In this document: piece by piece, positions 1 through 8,828 of the stretch
Layout of the letters: every line of letters starts with the position of its first letter
How positions within the stretch are numbered: the first letter of the stretch is position 1
From: Actinomadura sp.
GTDB lineage: Bacteria; Actinomycetota; Actinomycetes; Streptosporangiales; Streptosporangiaceae
NCBI GenBank assembly: GCA_036008685.1
Contig: DASYNF010000108.1
Location: 12,589 to 76,588, forward strand
DNA: 64,000 nucleotides
Direction: 5' to 3'
Translations under genes and position numbers: made by a program
Notes under the pieces: generated by a model
Told to the model about the DNA's origin: nothing
The model's database searches: none
What the model saw: only the letters and a program-made list of their open reading frames with translations

Positions 1-333
1 GCCGTGACGCGGGGCGTACATCAGGACGGCGACACCGACCAGGCAGATCAGCGCGCCCAGCACGTCGTACCGGTCCGGGCGGTACCCGTCGGCGACCATG
101 CCCCACGCGAGGGACCCCGCGACGAACACGCCGCCGTACGCGGCGAGCACCCGGCCGAAGTGGGCGTCGGACTGCAGCGTCGCGACGAACCCGTACGCGC
201 CGAGCGCCACGACACCCGCGCCGATCCAGGCCCAGCCGCGGTGCTCGCGGACCCCCTGCCAGACCAGCCAGGCGCCGCCGATCTCGGCGACGGCGGCCAG
301 CAGGAACAGGGCGATCGAGCGCAGGACCGTCAT
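1..333 (-). CDS. ynfA: YnfA/UPF0060 family small membrane protein. The 3' end runs off the window.
   Basis: The minus-strand ATG is at 331..333. The translation is [110 protein letters not shown], a 4-TM pattern typical of YnfA. The frame is still open at base 1. It is not listed in the ORF track because it is partial. Confidence 0.75.
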   Translation of the reverse strand, partial: MTVLRSIALFLLAAVAEIGGAWLVWQGVREHRGWAWIGAGVVALGAYGFVATLQSDAHFGRVLAAYGGVFVAGSLAWGMVADGYRPDRYDVLGALICLVGVAVLMYAPRHG

Positions 334-599
334 ACCGCCGACGGTAGGGGACCGCGGCCGGCCCCTGTCGCACGGTGCGCGCGGAAGAGGCGGCGCACAG
401 AAAAGCCGGGCGTGAAGAGCACGGGGGAACTCCTCACGACCGGCACCGTAAAGAGTAGCCCCGTCGGACCGATCGCGCAGGCCGTGGAGCGGTCCGGATC
501 GGTCCACGGGACGGGGTGCCGCGCCGGACGGATGTGCCGATGCCGCAAGGGTTCGCGGCGGTACCCGGTGCCGCTCGCGCCCGCCGGGGAGGAGCCGGC

Positions 600-1601
600 T
601 CAGCCCGCCAGGACCTGCTCGGGAGCCGTCGCGCTCGGCACGGTGGACCCACTCGGGGCGATCGAGGCGCTGGACGGTGGAGAAGGTGTGGCCGGCGATG
701 ACGAGGGGCTGCTCGGCGGCTCGCTCGGCGTCTTCGTGGGCGACTCGTCCGGCACCGGGGAGCTCTGGGTCGGACCCGGCGTCGGCGCGGGGGAGGGCGC
801 GGTGGACTTCGTGGGGACCGGGGCCGGGTTCGTCGTCTTCGCCGGAGTGGCCGGCCGGTGCTGCGGCGCGATCACCCGTACCGGGAAGGACACGAACCTC
901 TTCTCCGTCCGCCCGTCACAGGTCGCGGTGGTGACCGCGAACCGCACCAGGTACTGCCCCGGTCGCGTGTAGGTGTGCCGGTACCAGGTGGAGTCGCCAC
1001 TCACCCCGGTGGTCTCCTCGCACTCGTGGCTCCGGGGCGCGGAGGCGCGGGTCCCGTCGCCCCACTCCCGGCTGAGGTCCACCAGCCGGCCGTCCTCGTC
1101 CCGCCAGGTGACCTCGACGGAGATCGGACGGCCCACGCGCGCCACGTCGCTGACGGTGTGGGCGGAGACGGTGAGGCCGCCGGGCTCCTCCGCCGGCGTG
1201 ACCTTGGTGACGGGAGCGCCCGCCTCGGGGCGTGTCAGCCACGGGTCGTCGACCGGCAGGGAGGAGGGGGACGGCAGCGCCATCTGCGGTATCTGCGGCC
1301 GGGGCTGGTCGGTCGCCAGGGCGACGCCGACCGTGGTCAGCAAGAGGACGCCGGCGGCGCTCGACGCCGCGATCGCGCGCCGGCGGCGCCGCGACCGGCG
1401 GACCGACGCCTGCAGATCGGCGACCCAGCCCGCGAGCGAGGCCACGGGGTCCGTCACGGGGGTGGCGTGAGGCTCGGCGGCGTCTCCCCGGTCGGGGCCG
1501 TCAGGGCCTGTCCACGGAGGGTGCGGCACGGCGTCCTCCTCGACGACGGCGGTGCTCCACGGGCACCGCAGCGCGCTGACAGTACGCCAGACGGGTGACA
1601 T
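600..1601 (-). CDS. Membrane-anchored protein with a PKD-like domain and a Pro/Ser/Thr-rich C-terminal tail
   Basis: This is the C-terminal 333 codons of ORF 600..1805, starting at ATG 1599..1601 (MSPVWRTV). It has a TM segment [15 protein letters not shown]. The PKD-like signature is [20 protein letters not shown]...[19 protein letters not shown]. The PST-rich tail follows. The start codon is uncertain. Confidence 0.6.
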   Translation of the reverse strand: MSPVWRTVSALRCPWSTAVVEEDAVPHPPWTGPDGPDRGDAAEPHATPVTDPVASLAGWVADLQASVRRSRRRRRAIAASSAAGVLLLTTVGVALATDQPRPQIPQMALPSPSSLPVDDPWLTRPEAGAPVTKVTPAEEPGGLTVSAHTVSDVARVGRPISVEVTWRDEDGRLVDLSREWGDGTRASAPRSHECEETTGVSGDSTWYRHTYTRPGQYLVRFAVTTATCDGRTEKRFVSFPVRVIAPQHRPATPAKTTNPAPVPTKSTAPSPAPTPGPTQSSPVPDESPTKTPSEPPSSPSSSPATPSPPSSASIAPSGSTVPSATAPEQVLAG

Positions 1602-1849
1602 TCCGCACGGAGCCCGCTCTTTCCGGTGGTCCGGCGTTAACCGATCGGTCCATTGACCTTCGCCCGAGTGGGGTGTCGGCCGGCCGCCGTCGCGGTGAGG
1701 ATGCGCCGGGTCGTCCGGCCCGGCGTCGAGCCGGAGATCGCCGGCGGAGAGACGTACGCGCAGGTGGTGTGCGATGCCGGACGCGGTGGTGGACCTCCGC
1801 CGCAACCCGGGCGGGTTCGATCGGGGTCGCGTGGGGGCATGATGGGGCC

Positions 1850-2305
1850 GTGCAGATCTCGGCTCGGGCGGACTACGCGGTGCGCGCCCTCCTCGTCCTC
1901 GCCTCTCACGATCCGGCGACGACGAAGTCCGACGTGCTCGCCGAGTCGCAGCACCTGCCCAAGAAGTTCCTCGAGGCCATCCTCGCCGAGTGCCGCCGCG
2001 GGGGACTGCTGCTGAGCCAGCGCGGTGCCGAGGGCGGGTACCGGCTGGCGCGGCCGGCGTCGGAGATCGCGATCGGCGACATCATCCGTGCCGTCGACGG
2101 CCCGCTGGCCGGCGTGCGCGGAGCGCGGCCGGAGACCGCCCGGTACGAGGGCGAGGCCGCGAACCTCCAGACCGTGTGGGTCGCCGTCCGCGCGAGCGTC
2201 CGCTCGGTGCTGGACGAGGTGACCCTCGCGGACGTCGTCAGCGGGGATCTGCCGGAGCACGTCCGCACCCTCGCCGGGGGTCCGGACGCGTGGGTCTCGC
2301 GCTGA
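1850..2305 (+). CDS. Rrf2 family transcriptional regulator
   Basis: An in-frame GTG at 1850 gives VQISARADYAVRALLVLAS...LPKKFLEAILAECRRGGLLLSQRGAEGGYRLARP, the canonical Rrf2 winged-helix N-terminus. The longer track ORF (from 1595) has an Arg-rich, non-protein-like extension. Confidence 0.85.
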   Translation: MQISARADYAVRALLVLASHDPATTKSDVLAESQHLPKKFLEAILAECRRGGLLLSQRGAEGGYRLARPASEIAIGDIIRAVDGPLAGVRGARPETARYEGEAANLQTVWVAVRASVRSVLDEVTLADVVSGDLPEHVRTLAGGPDAWVSR

Positions 2306-2401
2306 CCCCTTCCGCGCTGTGCCCCGGCTCACTACGGTGGTCTCCCGGGGCCGTCGCCGTCCCCGCTCGATGACTCGTACCCACGCGAAGGGGCAGCCGC
2401 G

Positions 2402-2833
2402 ATGCGTATCAGCGACATCCTCCGCCGTAAGGGCGACACGGTCGCGACCGTGCGCCCGGACGCGTCCGTCTCCGAGCTGCTGTCCCGGCTCGCCACCCAC
2501 AACGTGGGGGCGCTCGTCGTGTCCGAGGACGCGGTGACCGTGGCGGGGATCGTCTCCGAGCGCGACGTGGTGCGCCGCCTCCACGTCGAGGGCGCCGGGC
2601 TGCTGCAGCACAAGGTGCGGGACATCATGACGGCGGACGTCGCCACCTGCGCCCCCGCGCACGCCGTCGACGACCTCATGCGGGTGATGACCGAGCGGAG
2701 GATCCGGCACGTGCCGGTGCTCGTGGACGGCCGGCTCGCCGGGCTCGTCAGCATCGGCGACATCGTCAAGCACCGGATCGGCGAGCTCGAGGACGAGACG
2801 CACCAGCTCGAGTCGTACATCCACGGCGGCTGA
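2402..2833 (+). CDS. CBS-pair domain protein (Hrp1-like)
   Basis: The 143-aa product has two CBS repeats: MRISDILRRKGDTVATVRPDASVSELL...GALVVSED...IVSERDVV and VRDIMTADVATC...MTERRIRHVPVLVDGRLAGLVSIGDIV. Confidence 0.85.
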   Translation: MRISDILRRKGDTVATVRPDASVSELLSRLATHNVGALVVSEDAVTVAGIVSERDVVRRLHVEGAGLLQHKVRDIMTADVATCAPAHAVDDLMRVMTERRIRHVPVLVDGRLAGLVSIGDIVKHRIGELEDETHQLESYIHGG

Positions 2834-2927
2834 CCGGGGGCCTCCGCCGCTGCGGTTACAGTGGGATCGCCGTGCTCGTGTCGCACCGAACCGGCGGGTA
2901 CGGCGTGCCCGCCGTGGTTCAATGGCC

Positions 2928-2957
2928 GGTGTGAATCACATGTGTGTGATTCACACC
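2928..2957. promoter_or_regulatory. Perfect 13-bp inverted repeat GGTGTGAATCACA-tgtg-TGTGATTCACACC (operator-like)
   Basis: Read directly from the sequence. It is an AT-rich palindrome in a GC-rich spacer, about 80 nt upstream of the DUF3263 start. Its function is inferred only. Confidence 0.5.
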
Positions 2958-2981
2958 GCGATCCCACCGTGTGGTGGACTC

Positions 2982-3032
2982 CCGCAGTCCGATGAACGCC
3001 GCAGTCTGGTGACCCCCGCAGTCTCGTGAACG
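2982..3032 (+). repeat. Three exactly phased 17-bp tandem repeats, CCGCAGTC-NNN-TGA-NCN, abutting the Shine-Dalgarno sequence
   Basis: The units are ccgcagtccgatgaacg, ccgcagtctggtgaccc and ccgcagtctcgtgaacg. They are followed directly by GAGGAG and ATG 3039. Confidence 0.6.
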
Positions 3033-3038
3033 AGGAGC

Positions 3039-3365
3039 ATGATGGACGCCGCCGCCGCCGCAGCTGGCAGGCTGCCCGCCGACCTGGCGGTCACCGGTGA
3101 CACCGATGTCGACGGCGGGCTCACCCGGCGGGAGCGCGAGATCCTCGGGTTCGAGCGCCAGTGGTGGAAGTACGCCGGCGCCAAGGAGCAGGCCGTCCGT
3201 GACCTGTTCGACATGTCCGCGACGCGGTACTACCAGGTGCTGAACGCCCTGATCGACCGCCCGGACGCCCTCGCGCACGACCCCATGCTGGTCAAGCGAC
3301 TCCGCCGGCTGCGGTCCGCGCGTCAGCGTGCCCGTTCCGCGCGCCGGCTCGGGATCGAGCTCTGA
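3039..3365 (+). CDS. DUF3263 domain protein
   Basis: LTRREREILGFERQWWKYAGAKEQAVRDLFDMSATRYYQVLNALIDRPDALAHDPMLVKRLRRLR matches the DUF3263 core as I remember it. A GAGGAG SD precedes the ATG. Confidence 0.8.
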   Translation: MMDAAAAAAGRLPADLAVTGDTDVDGGLTRREREILGFERQWWKYAGAKEQAVRDLFDMSATRYYQVLNALIDRPDALAHDPMLVKRLRRLRSARQRARSARRLGIEL

Positions 3366-3388
3366 GCCGTCCGGACCGGCCGGGGCCG

Positions 3389-4102
3389 GTGCCGATGCCC
3401 CGGGTCGATCTGCTGGCCGACGCCGACCGTACGTCCGCCGACGGGACCGCCGGGGGCTGGACCGCCGTCGGCCGGAGTGCCGTGGGCCGGGTCGGGCGCG
3501 ACCGGGTCGGGCGGGACCGGGTCGGTCGTGGCCGTCGCCGTCGCCGCCGTACCCGCGTCGCTCTCCTCGCCGGTGGACTGGGGAGCGTCGTCCTCCTCAC
3601 CGCGACCGTCGCCGTGGCCTCCATGGTCACTCTGAGTGACTCTCCGGAAGCGCCGGGCAAGGCTCCGTCACCCATCGTGATCAGTGTGTCGCCGTCCGCG
3701 TCGTCTCCCCCGCTGCCGTCGGACTCGCCGTCCCCGTCGGCCCCGGTCTCGGCGTCGCCGTCCGCGTCGCGCTCTCCGGAGCCGCGTGCGACGACGCGGT
3801 CCTCGGAGCCGGTACCGGTACGGCCCACCGCGTCGGTCATCGTCTACAACAACACGCGGATCCGGGGCCTCGCCGCGGAGTCGGCGCAGCGCGTGCGGAA
3901 CGTCGGCTTCACCGTCCGCGGCGTCGGCAACCTGTACGGCGACGTCGACCGGACCACGGTGTTCTACCGTCCGGGCGGCCGCGTGCAGGCCGACCTGCTC
4001 GCCGAGCGGCTCCGCGGCCTCCAGGCCGTGCGTCCCGCGCCGTCGTGGCTGCCCGGGACCGCGTCCGTCACGCTGGTGGTCAAGGGCGACTTCGCCGAGT
4101 GA
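3389..4102 (+). CDS. LytR_C (LytR cell-envelope-related C-terminal) domain membrane protein
   Basis: The N-terminus is Arg-rich. The TM segment is VALLAGGLGSVVLLTATVAVASMV, followed by a P/S-rich linker. The C-terminal part VIVYNNTRIRGLAAESAQRVRNVGFTVRGVGNLYGDVDRTTVFYRPGG...VTLVVKGDF is typical of LytR_C. Confidence 0.75.
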   Translation: MPMPRVDLLADADRTSADGTAGGWTAVGRSAVGRVGRDRVGRDRVGRGRRRRRRTRVALLAGGLGSVVLLTATVAVASMVTLSDSPEAPGKAPSPIVISVSPSASSPPLPSDSPSPSAPVSASPSASRSPEPRATTRSSEPVPVRPTASVIVYNNTRIRGLAAESAQRVRNVGFTVRGVGNLYGDVDRTTVFYRPGGRVQADLLAERLRGLQAVRPAPSWLPGTASVTLVVKGDFAE

Positions 4103-6951
4103 TCGTGGCGGCCGGACGTACTGTTGAGGCCGTGACCACCGTTCCCCCGGCGGGCCGCTTGCGCGGCGCGCTCACCCGAGTGCGCCCCTCCACCCGCCGG
4201 CGGATCGTCGCCCTGGCCGTCGCGGTGGTCGTCCTCGCCGCCGGGCTCGTGTGGCTGACCCACGACTCCTCGCAGCCCTACCGCACCACCGACGCGATGG
4301 TGGCGGTGCGCGGCGGCGTCACGCTCGACACCACGCTGTACGTCCCCGACGGCGCCACGGCCGGGCACCCGGCGCCCGCCGTGCTGCTGGCCCACGGCTT
4401 CGGCGGCTCCAAGGACAGCGTCGCCACCACCGCCGGGAAGCTGGCCGGACGCGGGTACGTGGTCCAGACCTGGAGCGCGCGGGGCTTCGGCCGCTCGGGC
4501 GGCCAGATCTCGCTGAACGACCCCGACGGCGAGGTCGCCGACGCCCGTCGCCTGCTGGACCGGCTCGCCGCGATGCCCCGGGTCCGCCGGGACGCCACCG
4601 GGGACCCGCGGGTCGGCGTGGTCGGCGGCTCGTACGGCGGCGGGCTCGCGCTGCTGCTGGCCGCGTACGACCACCGCGTGGACGCGATCGTCCCGCAGAT
4701 CACCTGGAACGACCTCTCGCGCTCGTTCTTCCCGGACGCCGACGGGGGACCCGCGACCGAGGGCGTGTTCAAGAAGGCGTGGGCCGGGCTGTTCTTCGGC
4801 GGCGGCAGTGCGGTGGACGCCGCCGCGGGGACCGGCGGCGCGGGGACCGGCGGCGCGGGGAGCGGCGGCGCTGGCGGACCCGGCGTGCCCGGCCGCTCGC
4901 CGCAGGGGGAGCCCCAGTGCGGCCGGTTCGCGGCGGACATCTGCCGGATGTACCTCGAGATCGGCAGCACCGGCCGCGCGACGCCCGAGGCCGTCCGGCT
5001 GCTCCAGCGGCGCAGCCCCGCCGGGGTGCTCGACCGGATCGCGGCGCCGACGCTGCTGGTGCAGGGCCAGGCCGACTCGCTGTTCCCGCTCGACGAGGCG
5101 GACGCCAACGCCCGCGGCATCGCGGCGAACGGCACCCCGGTCCGGGTCGCCTGGTACTCCGGCGGCCACGACGGGCAGGGCTCGCAGGGCGACCAGGACC
5201 GCGTCGAGGCCCTCACCGCGCAGTGGCTGGACCACTACGTGAAGCGGGACGGCAGCGCTCCGCCGGCCGGCACGTTCACCTTCAGCAACGCGGGCGGTCT
5301 GGACGTCAACACGGGACGGGTGACGTCCACGGGCTTCCGGGCGGACGAGTACCCCGGCCTCGGCGGGGCCGGCGCCCCCCGGCGGATCGCGGTCAGCGGG
5401 CCGCCCCAGACCGTCGCCGTGCCGCCCGGCGGCGCCCCGGCCGCGATCTCCACGCTGCCCGGCCTGGGCGGGGTGGGCGCGCTGCTGGGCGGCGTGAGCC
5501 TGGACGTGCCGGGGCAGGTCGCCTCCTTCGTCTCGGCGCCGCTGGGCCGGGCGGTCGACATCGTCGGCGCGCCCACCGTGCGCGTCCGCGCGGCGTCCGC
5601 GACGGGCGAGGCGGTCCTGTTCGCCAAGCTGTACACCGTGGGACCGGACGGCCGGCCCACGCTGCCGCAGGGCCTGGTGTCACCGGTCCGGCTCACCGGC
5701 CTGCCGTCCACCCTCGCGACGGCGCGGCCCGTCGAGCTGACGCTGCCCGCGATCGCGTACCGCGTGGAGGCCGGCCAGCGGCTCCGGCTGGCACTGTCGA
5801 CCACGGACCAGGCCTACGCGCTGCCGACCGCGCCCACCACGTACCAGGTCGCGGTCGACGGCGACCTCGCGCTGCCGACGGTCCCCGCGACCCCGCTCCA
5901 GGCCACCGGGACACTGTGGACCCGCGTCCTGCTGGCCCTCGTCGCGTTCCTCGCGGTGGCCCTGCTGCTGGGTGGGCTCGTCGCGCGGGCGCGCCGCCGG
6001 CGCGCGGAGTCCACAGTGGAACCGGAGCACGCCGACCGGCCGCTGGTGATCCGCGGACTGTCGAAGGCGTACGCCGACGGTTTCGTCGCCGTCCGGGACC
6101 TGTCCTTCACCATCGAACGTGGACAGGTCCTCGGCCTGCTCGGCCCGAACGGTGCCGGCAAGACGACGACCCTGCGCATGCTCATGGGGCTGATCCGGCC
6201 GACCGGCGGGGACATCCTGGTGTTCGGCCACCGCATCCGGGCGGGTGCGCCGGTGCTGTCCCGGCTGGGCTCCTTCGTGGAGGGGACCGGCTTCCTGCCG
6301 CACCTGTCCGGTATGGACAACCTGACGCTGTACTGGCGCGCCACCGGCCGTCCCGAGGCGGACGCCAGGCTGGCCGAGGCCCTGGAGATCGCGGGCCTCG
6401 GCAGCGCGGTCCACCGCAAGGTGAAGACCTACAGCCAGGGCATGCGCCAGCGCCTCGCCATCGCGCAGGCCATGCTCGGCCTGCCCGACCTCCTCGTGCT
6501 GGACGAGCCCACCAACGGGCTCGATCCACCCCAGATCGCCGAGATGCGGCAGGTGCTCCAGCGGTACGCCACCGACGGCCGCACCGTGCTGGTGTCCAGC
6601 CACCTGCTCGCCGAGGTGGAGCAGACCTGTACCCACGTGGTCGTCATGCACAAGGGCACGCTGCTCGCCGCGGGCACGGTCGCCGAGGTCACCGGGGAGT
6701 CCGCGTCGGTGCTGGTCGGGGTCGACGACACCGAGGCGGCCCTGCGGGTGCTCGTGGGCGCCCGGGGCATCACGCGGGCGCACCTGGCCGACGGCGGTGT
6801 CGTGGTGGACCTCGACCCGGAGCTGAACGGCACCGGCCGGACCGAGGTCGTCCGCCGCCTGGTCGAGGGCGGGGTCGGTGTCGACCGGGTGTCGCCGCGG
6901 CGGCGCCTCGAGGACGTGTTCCTCACGCTCGTGGGAGGGGATGGCAGATGA
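4099..6951 (+). CDS. Fusion protein: TM anchor, extracytoplasmic S15/CocE-NonD-type serine hydrolase, second TM, ABC transporter ATP-binding domain
   Basis: The GTG at 4099 overlaps the upstream stop (GTGA). TM1 is IVALAVAVVVLAAGLVWL. The hydrolase motifs are LLAHGFGGSK, the nucleophile elbow VVGGSYGG, QGQADSLFP and WYSGGHDG. TM2 is LWTRVLLALVAFLAVALLLGGLVA. The NBD has Walker A GPNGAGKTT, the signature YSQGMRQRL and Walker B LLVLDEPTNGLD. The exact start is uncertain (alternatives 4045, 4105, 4132). Confidence 0.8.
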   Translation: MIVAAGRTVEAVTTVPPAGRLRGALTRVRPSTRRRIVALAVAVVVLAAGLVWLTHDSSQPYRTTDAMVAVRGGVTLDTTLYVPDGATAGHPAPAVLLAHGFGGSKDSVATTAGKLAGRGYVVQTWSARGFGRSGGQISLNDPDGEVADARRLLDRLAAMPRVRRDATGDPRVGVVGGSYGGGLALLLAAYDHRVDAIVPQITWNDLSRSFFPDADGGPATEGVFKKAWAGLFFGGGSAVDAAAGTGGAGTGGAGSGGAGGPGVPGRSPQGEPQCGRFAADICRMYLEIGSTGRATPEAVRLLQRRSPAGVLDRIAAPTLLVQGQADSLFPLDEADANARGIAANGTPVRVAWYSGGHDGQGSQGDQDRVEALTAQWLDHYVKRDGSAPPAGTFTFSNAGGLDVNTGRVTSTGFRADEYPGLGGAGAPRRIAVSGPPQTVAVPPGGAPAAISTLPGLGGVGALLGGVSLDVPGQVASFVSAPLGRAVDIVGAPTVRVRAASATGEAVLFAKLYTVGPDGRPTLPQGLVSPVRLTGLPSTLATARPVELTLPAIAYRVEAGQRLRLALSTTDQAYALPTAPTTYQVAVDGDLALPTVPATPLQATGTLWTRVLLALVAFLAVALLLGGLVARARRRRAESTVEPEHADRPLVIRGLSKAYADGFVAVRDLSFTIERGQVLGLLGPNGAGKTTTLRMLMGLIRPTGGDILVFGHRIRAGAPVLSRLGSFVEGTGFLPHLSGMDNLTLYWRATGRPEADARLAEALEIAGLGSAVHRKVKTYSQGMRQRLAIAQAMLGLPDLLVLDEPTNGLDPPQIAEMRQVLQRYATDGRTVLVSSHLLAEVEQTCTHVVVMHKGTLLAAGTVAEVTGESASVLVGVDDTEAALRVLVGARGITRAHLADGGVVVDLDPELNGTGRTEVVRRLVEGGVGVDRVSPRRRLEDVFLTLVGGDGR

Positions 6952-7838
6952 GCACGCGTACCCAGAACGCGCAGGCCGCGCACGCCGACACGGGGGCGGC
7001 CCCCGGGTACCGGCCGGATCGCACGCTGTCCTTCGGCACCGAGCTGCGGAGGCAGCTGACGCGGCAGCGCACCCGCTACGGCATCGGCTTCCTGGCGCTG
7101 CTGCCGGTGCTGCTGCTCGGGGCGTTCCAGCTCGGGTCGCCCGACGACGGAGGGTCCGGCCAGCGCGGGGCCAGCCTCGTCGACGTGGCCACGTCGGGCG
7201 GGCCGAACTTCGCGGCGTTCACGCTGTTCGCGTCGGCGACGTTCCTCGTCGTCGTGGTGGTCGCCCTGTTCTGCGGCGACACGGTCGCGGGCGAGGCGTC
7301 GTGGGGCAGCCTCCGGTACCTGCTCGCGCTGCCGGTGCCGCGGTCGCGGCTGCTGCGGCAGAAGCTCCTCGTCGGCGCGGCCACCTCCGTGTTCGCCGTC
7401 GTGGTGCTCATGGTCGTCGCGCTCGTCGGCGGCTCGCTCGTGTACGGCTGGGACCCGCTGACCACGCCCGTCGGGACCGAGGTCGCGCCCTGGCGGGCGG
7501 TCGGTCTGCTCGCGCTCGCCACGGGGTATCTGCTGGTGCACCTGATGCTCGTCGGCTCGCTCGCGTTCCTGCTGTCCGTGCGCACCGACCAGCCGCTGCT
7601 CGCCGTCGGCGGCGCCGTGATGCTCTACATCGTCTCGAACATCCTCGACCTCGTCCCGGCGCTCGCGAGCATCCGGTTCCTGCTGCCGACCGCGTACAAC
7701 CTGGCCTGGACGGGCGTGTTCTCCTCGCCGGTCCAGTACGAGGACATGGCCAAGGGCGCGATCGCTGCCCTCCTCTACACGACCGTGTTCCTGGTGTTGG
7801 CGTGGCGATCGTTCGCCCGCAAGGATGTCGTGAGCTGA
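6948..7838 (+). CDS. ABC-2 type transporter permease
   Basis: The ATG at 6948 overlaps the upstream stop (ATGA). The product MSTRTQNAQ...RYGIGFLALLPVLLLGAF has six predicted TM segments and is the in-frame tail of the artefactual 4251..7838 ORF. Confidence 0.8.
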   Translation: MSTRTQNAQAAHADTGAAPGYRPDRTLSFGTELRRQLTRQRTRYGIGFLALLPVLLLGAFQLGSPDDGGSGQRGASLVDVATSGGPNFAAFTLFASATFLVVVVVALFCGDTVAGEASWGSLRYLLALPVPRSRLLRQKLLVGAATSVFAVVVLMVVALVGGSLVYGWDPLTTPVGTEVAPWRAVGLLALATGYLLVHLMLVGSLAFLLSVRTDQPLLAVGGAVMLYIVSNILDLVPALASIRFLLPTAYNLAWTGVFSSPVQYEDMAKGAIAALLYTTVFLVLAWRSFARKDVVS

Positions 7839-7862
7839 GTGTCCACTTCGGGAGGTCGACAG

Positions 7863-8828
7863 ATGCGCGCAGTGGTGGTGCCACGGCACGGAGGTCCGGA
7901 GGTCCTCACGGTGGAGGACCGGCCGGAGCTGTCGCCCGGGCCGGGCCAGCTGCTGGTGGAGTCGGCCGCCGCGGGCGTGAACTTCATCGACACGTACCAG
8001 CGCGCGGGCGTGTACCCGGTGCCGACGCCGTTCGTCCCCGGCTCGGAGGGAGCGGGCCGCGTCGCGGCGGTGGGCCCCGGCGTGTCCGGTGTGGACGTCG
8101 GCGACCGGGTGGCGTGGATGTCCGCGCTCGGCAGCTACGCCTCGCAGGTGCTGGTGCCCGCGGAGGCGGCCGTGCCGGTGCCCGACGCGCTCCCCGACGA
8201 CGTGGCGGCGGGCGCGCTGCTGCAGGGCGTCACCGCGCACTACCTCGCCCACTCGACGTACCCGGTGCGGGAGGGCGACACCGTCCTCCTGCACGCCGGG
8301 GCCGGCGGGGTGGGGCTGCTGCTGACCCAGATCGTGAAGCAGCGCGGCGGGCGCGTGATCTCGACCGTGTCCACCGACGAGAAGGAGGCCCTCGCCCGGG
8401 CCGCCGGGGCCGACGAGGTGCTGCGGTACGAGGGCTTCGCCGACCGGATCCGCGCGCTGACCGGCGGGCGGGGCGTCGACGTGGTCTACGACGGCGTGGG
8501 CAGGTCGACGTTCGATGACAGCCTCGGGACGCTGCGCCCGCGCGGGATGATGGTCCTCTTCGGAGGGTCCAGCGGGCAGGTGCCGCCGATCGACCCGCAG
8601 CGGCTCAACGCCGGTGGCTCGCTGTACCTCACGCGGCCGAAGACCGCCGAGTACATCGCTACCCGCGACGAGCTGACCTGGCGGGCCGGCGACATCCTCG
8701 GGGGGATCGCGGCCGGCACGCTGGACCTGCGGATCGGCGGCCGGTACCCGCTCGGGGAGGCCGGGCGCGCGCACGAGGACCTCGAGTCCCGCCGCACGAC
8801 CGGCAAGCTGGTGGTGCTCACCCGCTGA
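7863..8828 (+). CDS. qor: NADPH:quinone oxidoreductase (zeta-crystallin/MDR family)
   Basis: The N-terminus is MRAVVVPRHGGPEVLTVEDRPELSPGPGQLLVESAAAGVNFIDTYQRAGVYP..PFVPGSEGAGRV. The dinucleotide motif is HAGAGGVGLLLTQI. It ends in GKLVV. Confidence 0.85.
   Translation: MRAVVVPRHGGPEVLTVEDRPELSPGPGQLLVESAAAGVNFIDTYQRAGVYPVPTPFVPGSEGAGRVAAVGPGVSGVDVGDRVAWMSALGSYASQVLVPAEAAVPVPDALPDDVAAGALLQGVTAHYLAHSTYPVREGDTVLLHAGAGGVGLLLTQIVKQRGGRVISTVSTDEKEALARAAGADEVLRYEGFADRIRALTGGRGVDVVYDGVGRSTFDDSLGTLRPRGMMVLFGGSSGQVPPIDPQRLNAGGSLYLTRPKTAEYIATRDELTWRAGDILGGIAAGTLDLRIGGRYPLGEAGRAHEDLESRRTTGKLVVLTR

Noticed and set aside
2900-2975. tRNA-like sequence (GTGGTTCAATGG ... GCGATCCCACC)
   Set aside because: No 7-bp acceptor stem or cloverleaf can be drawn, and the central stem is a 13-bp palindrome, far too long for an anticodon arm. 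I treated it as an operator-like palindrome instead.
4251-7838. 1195-aa ORF on the plus strand, the longest in the track
   Set aside because: It lies in an alternate frame across the hydrolase-ABC gene. The translation is almost pure Arg/Pro/Gly/Ala with no motifs. Only its last 296 codons (from ATG 6948) form the real ABC-2 permease. This is a typical high-GC open-frame artefact.
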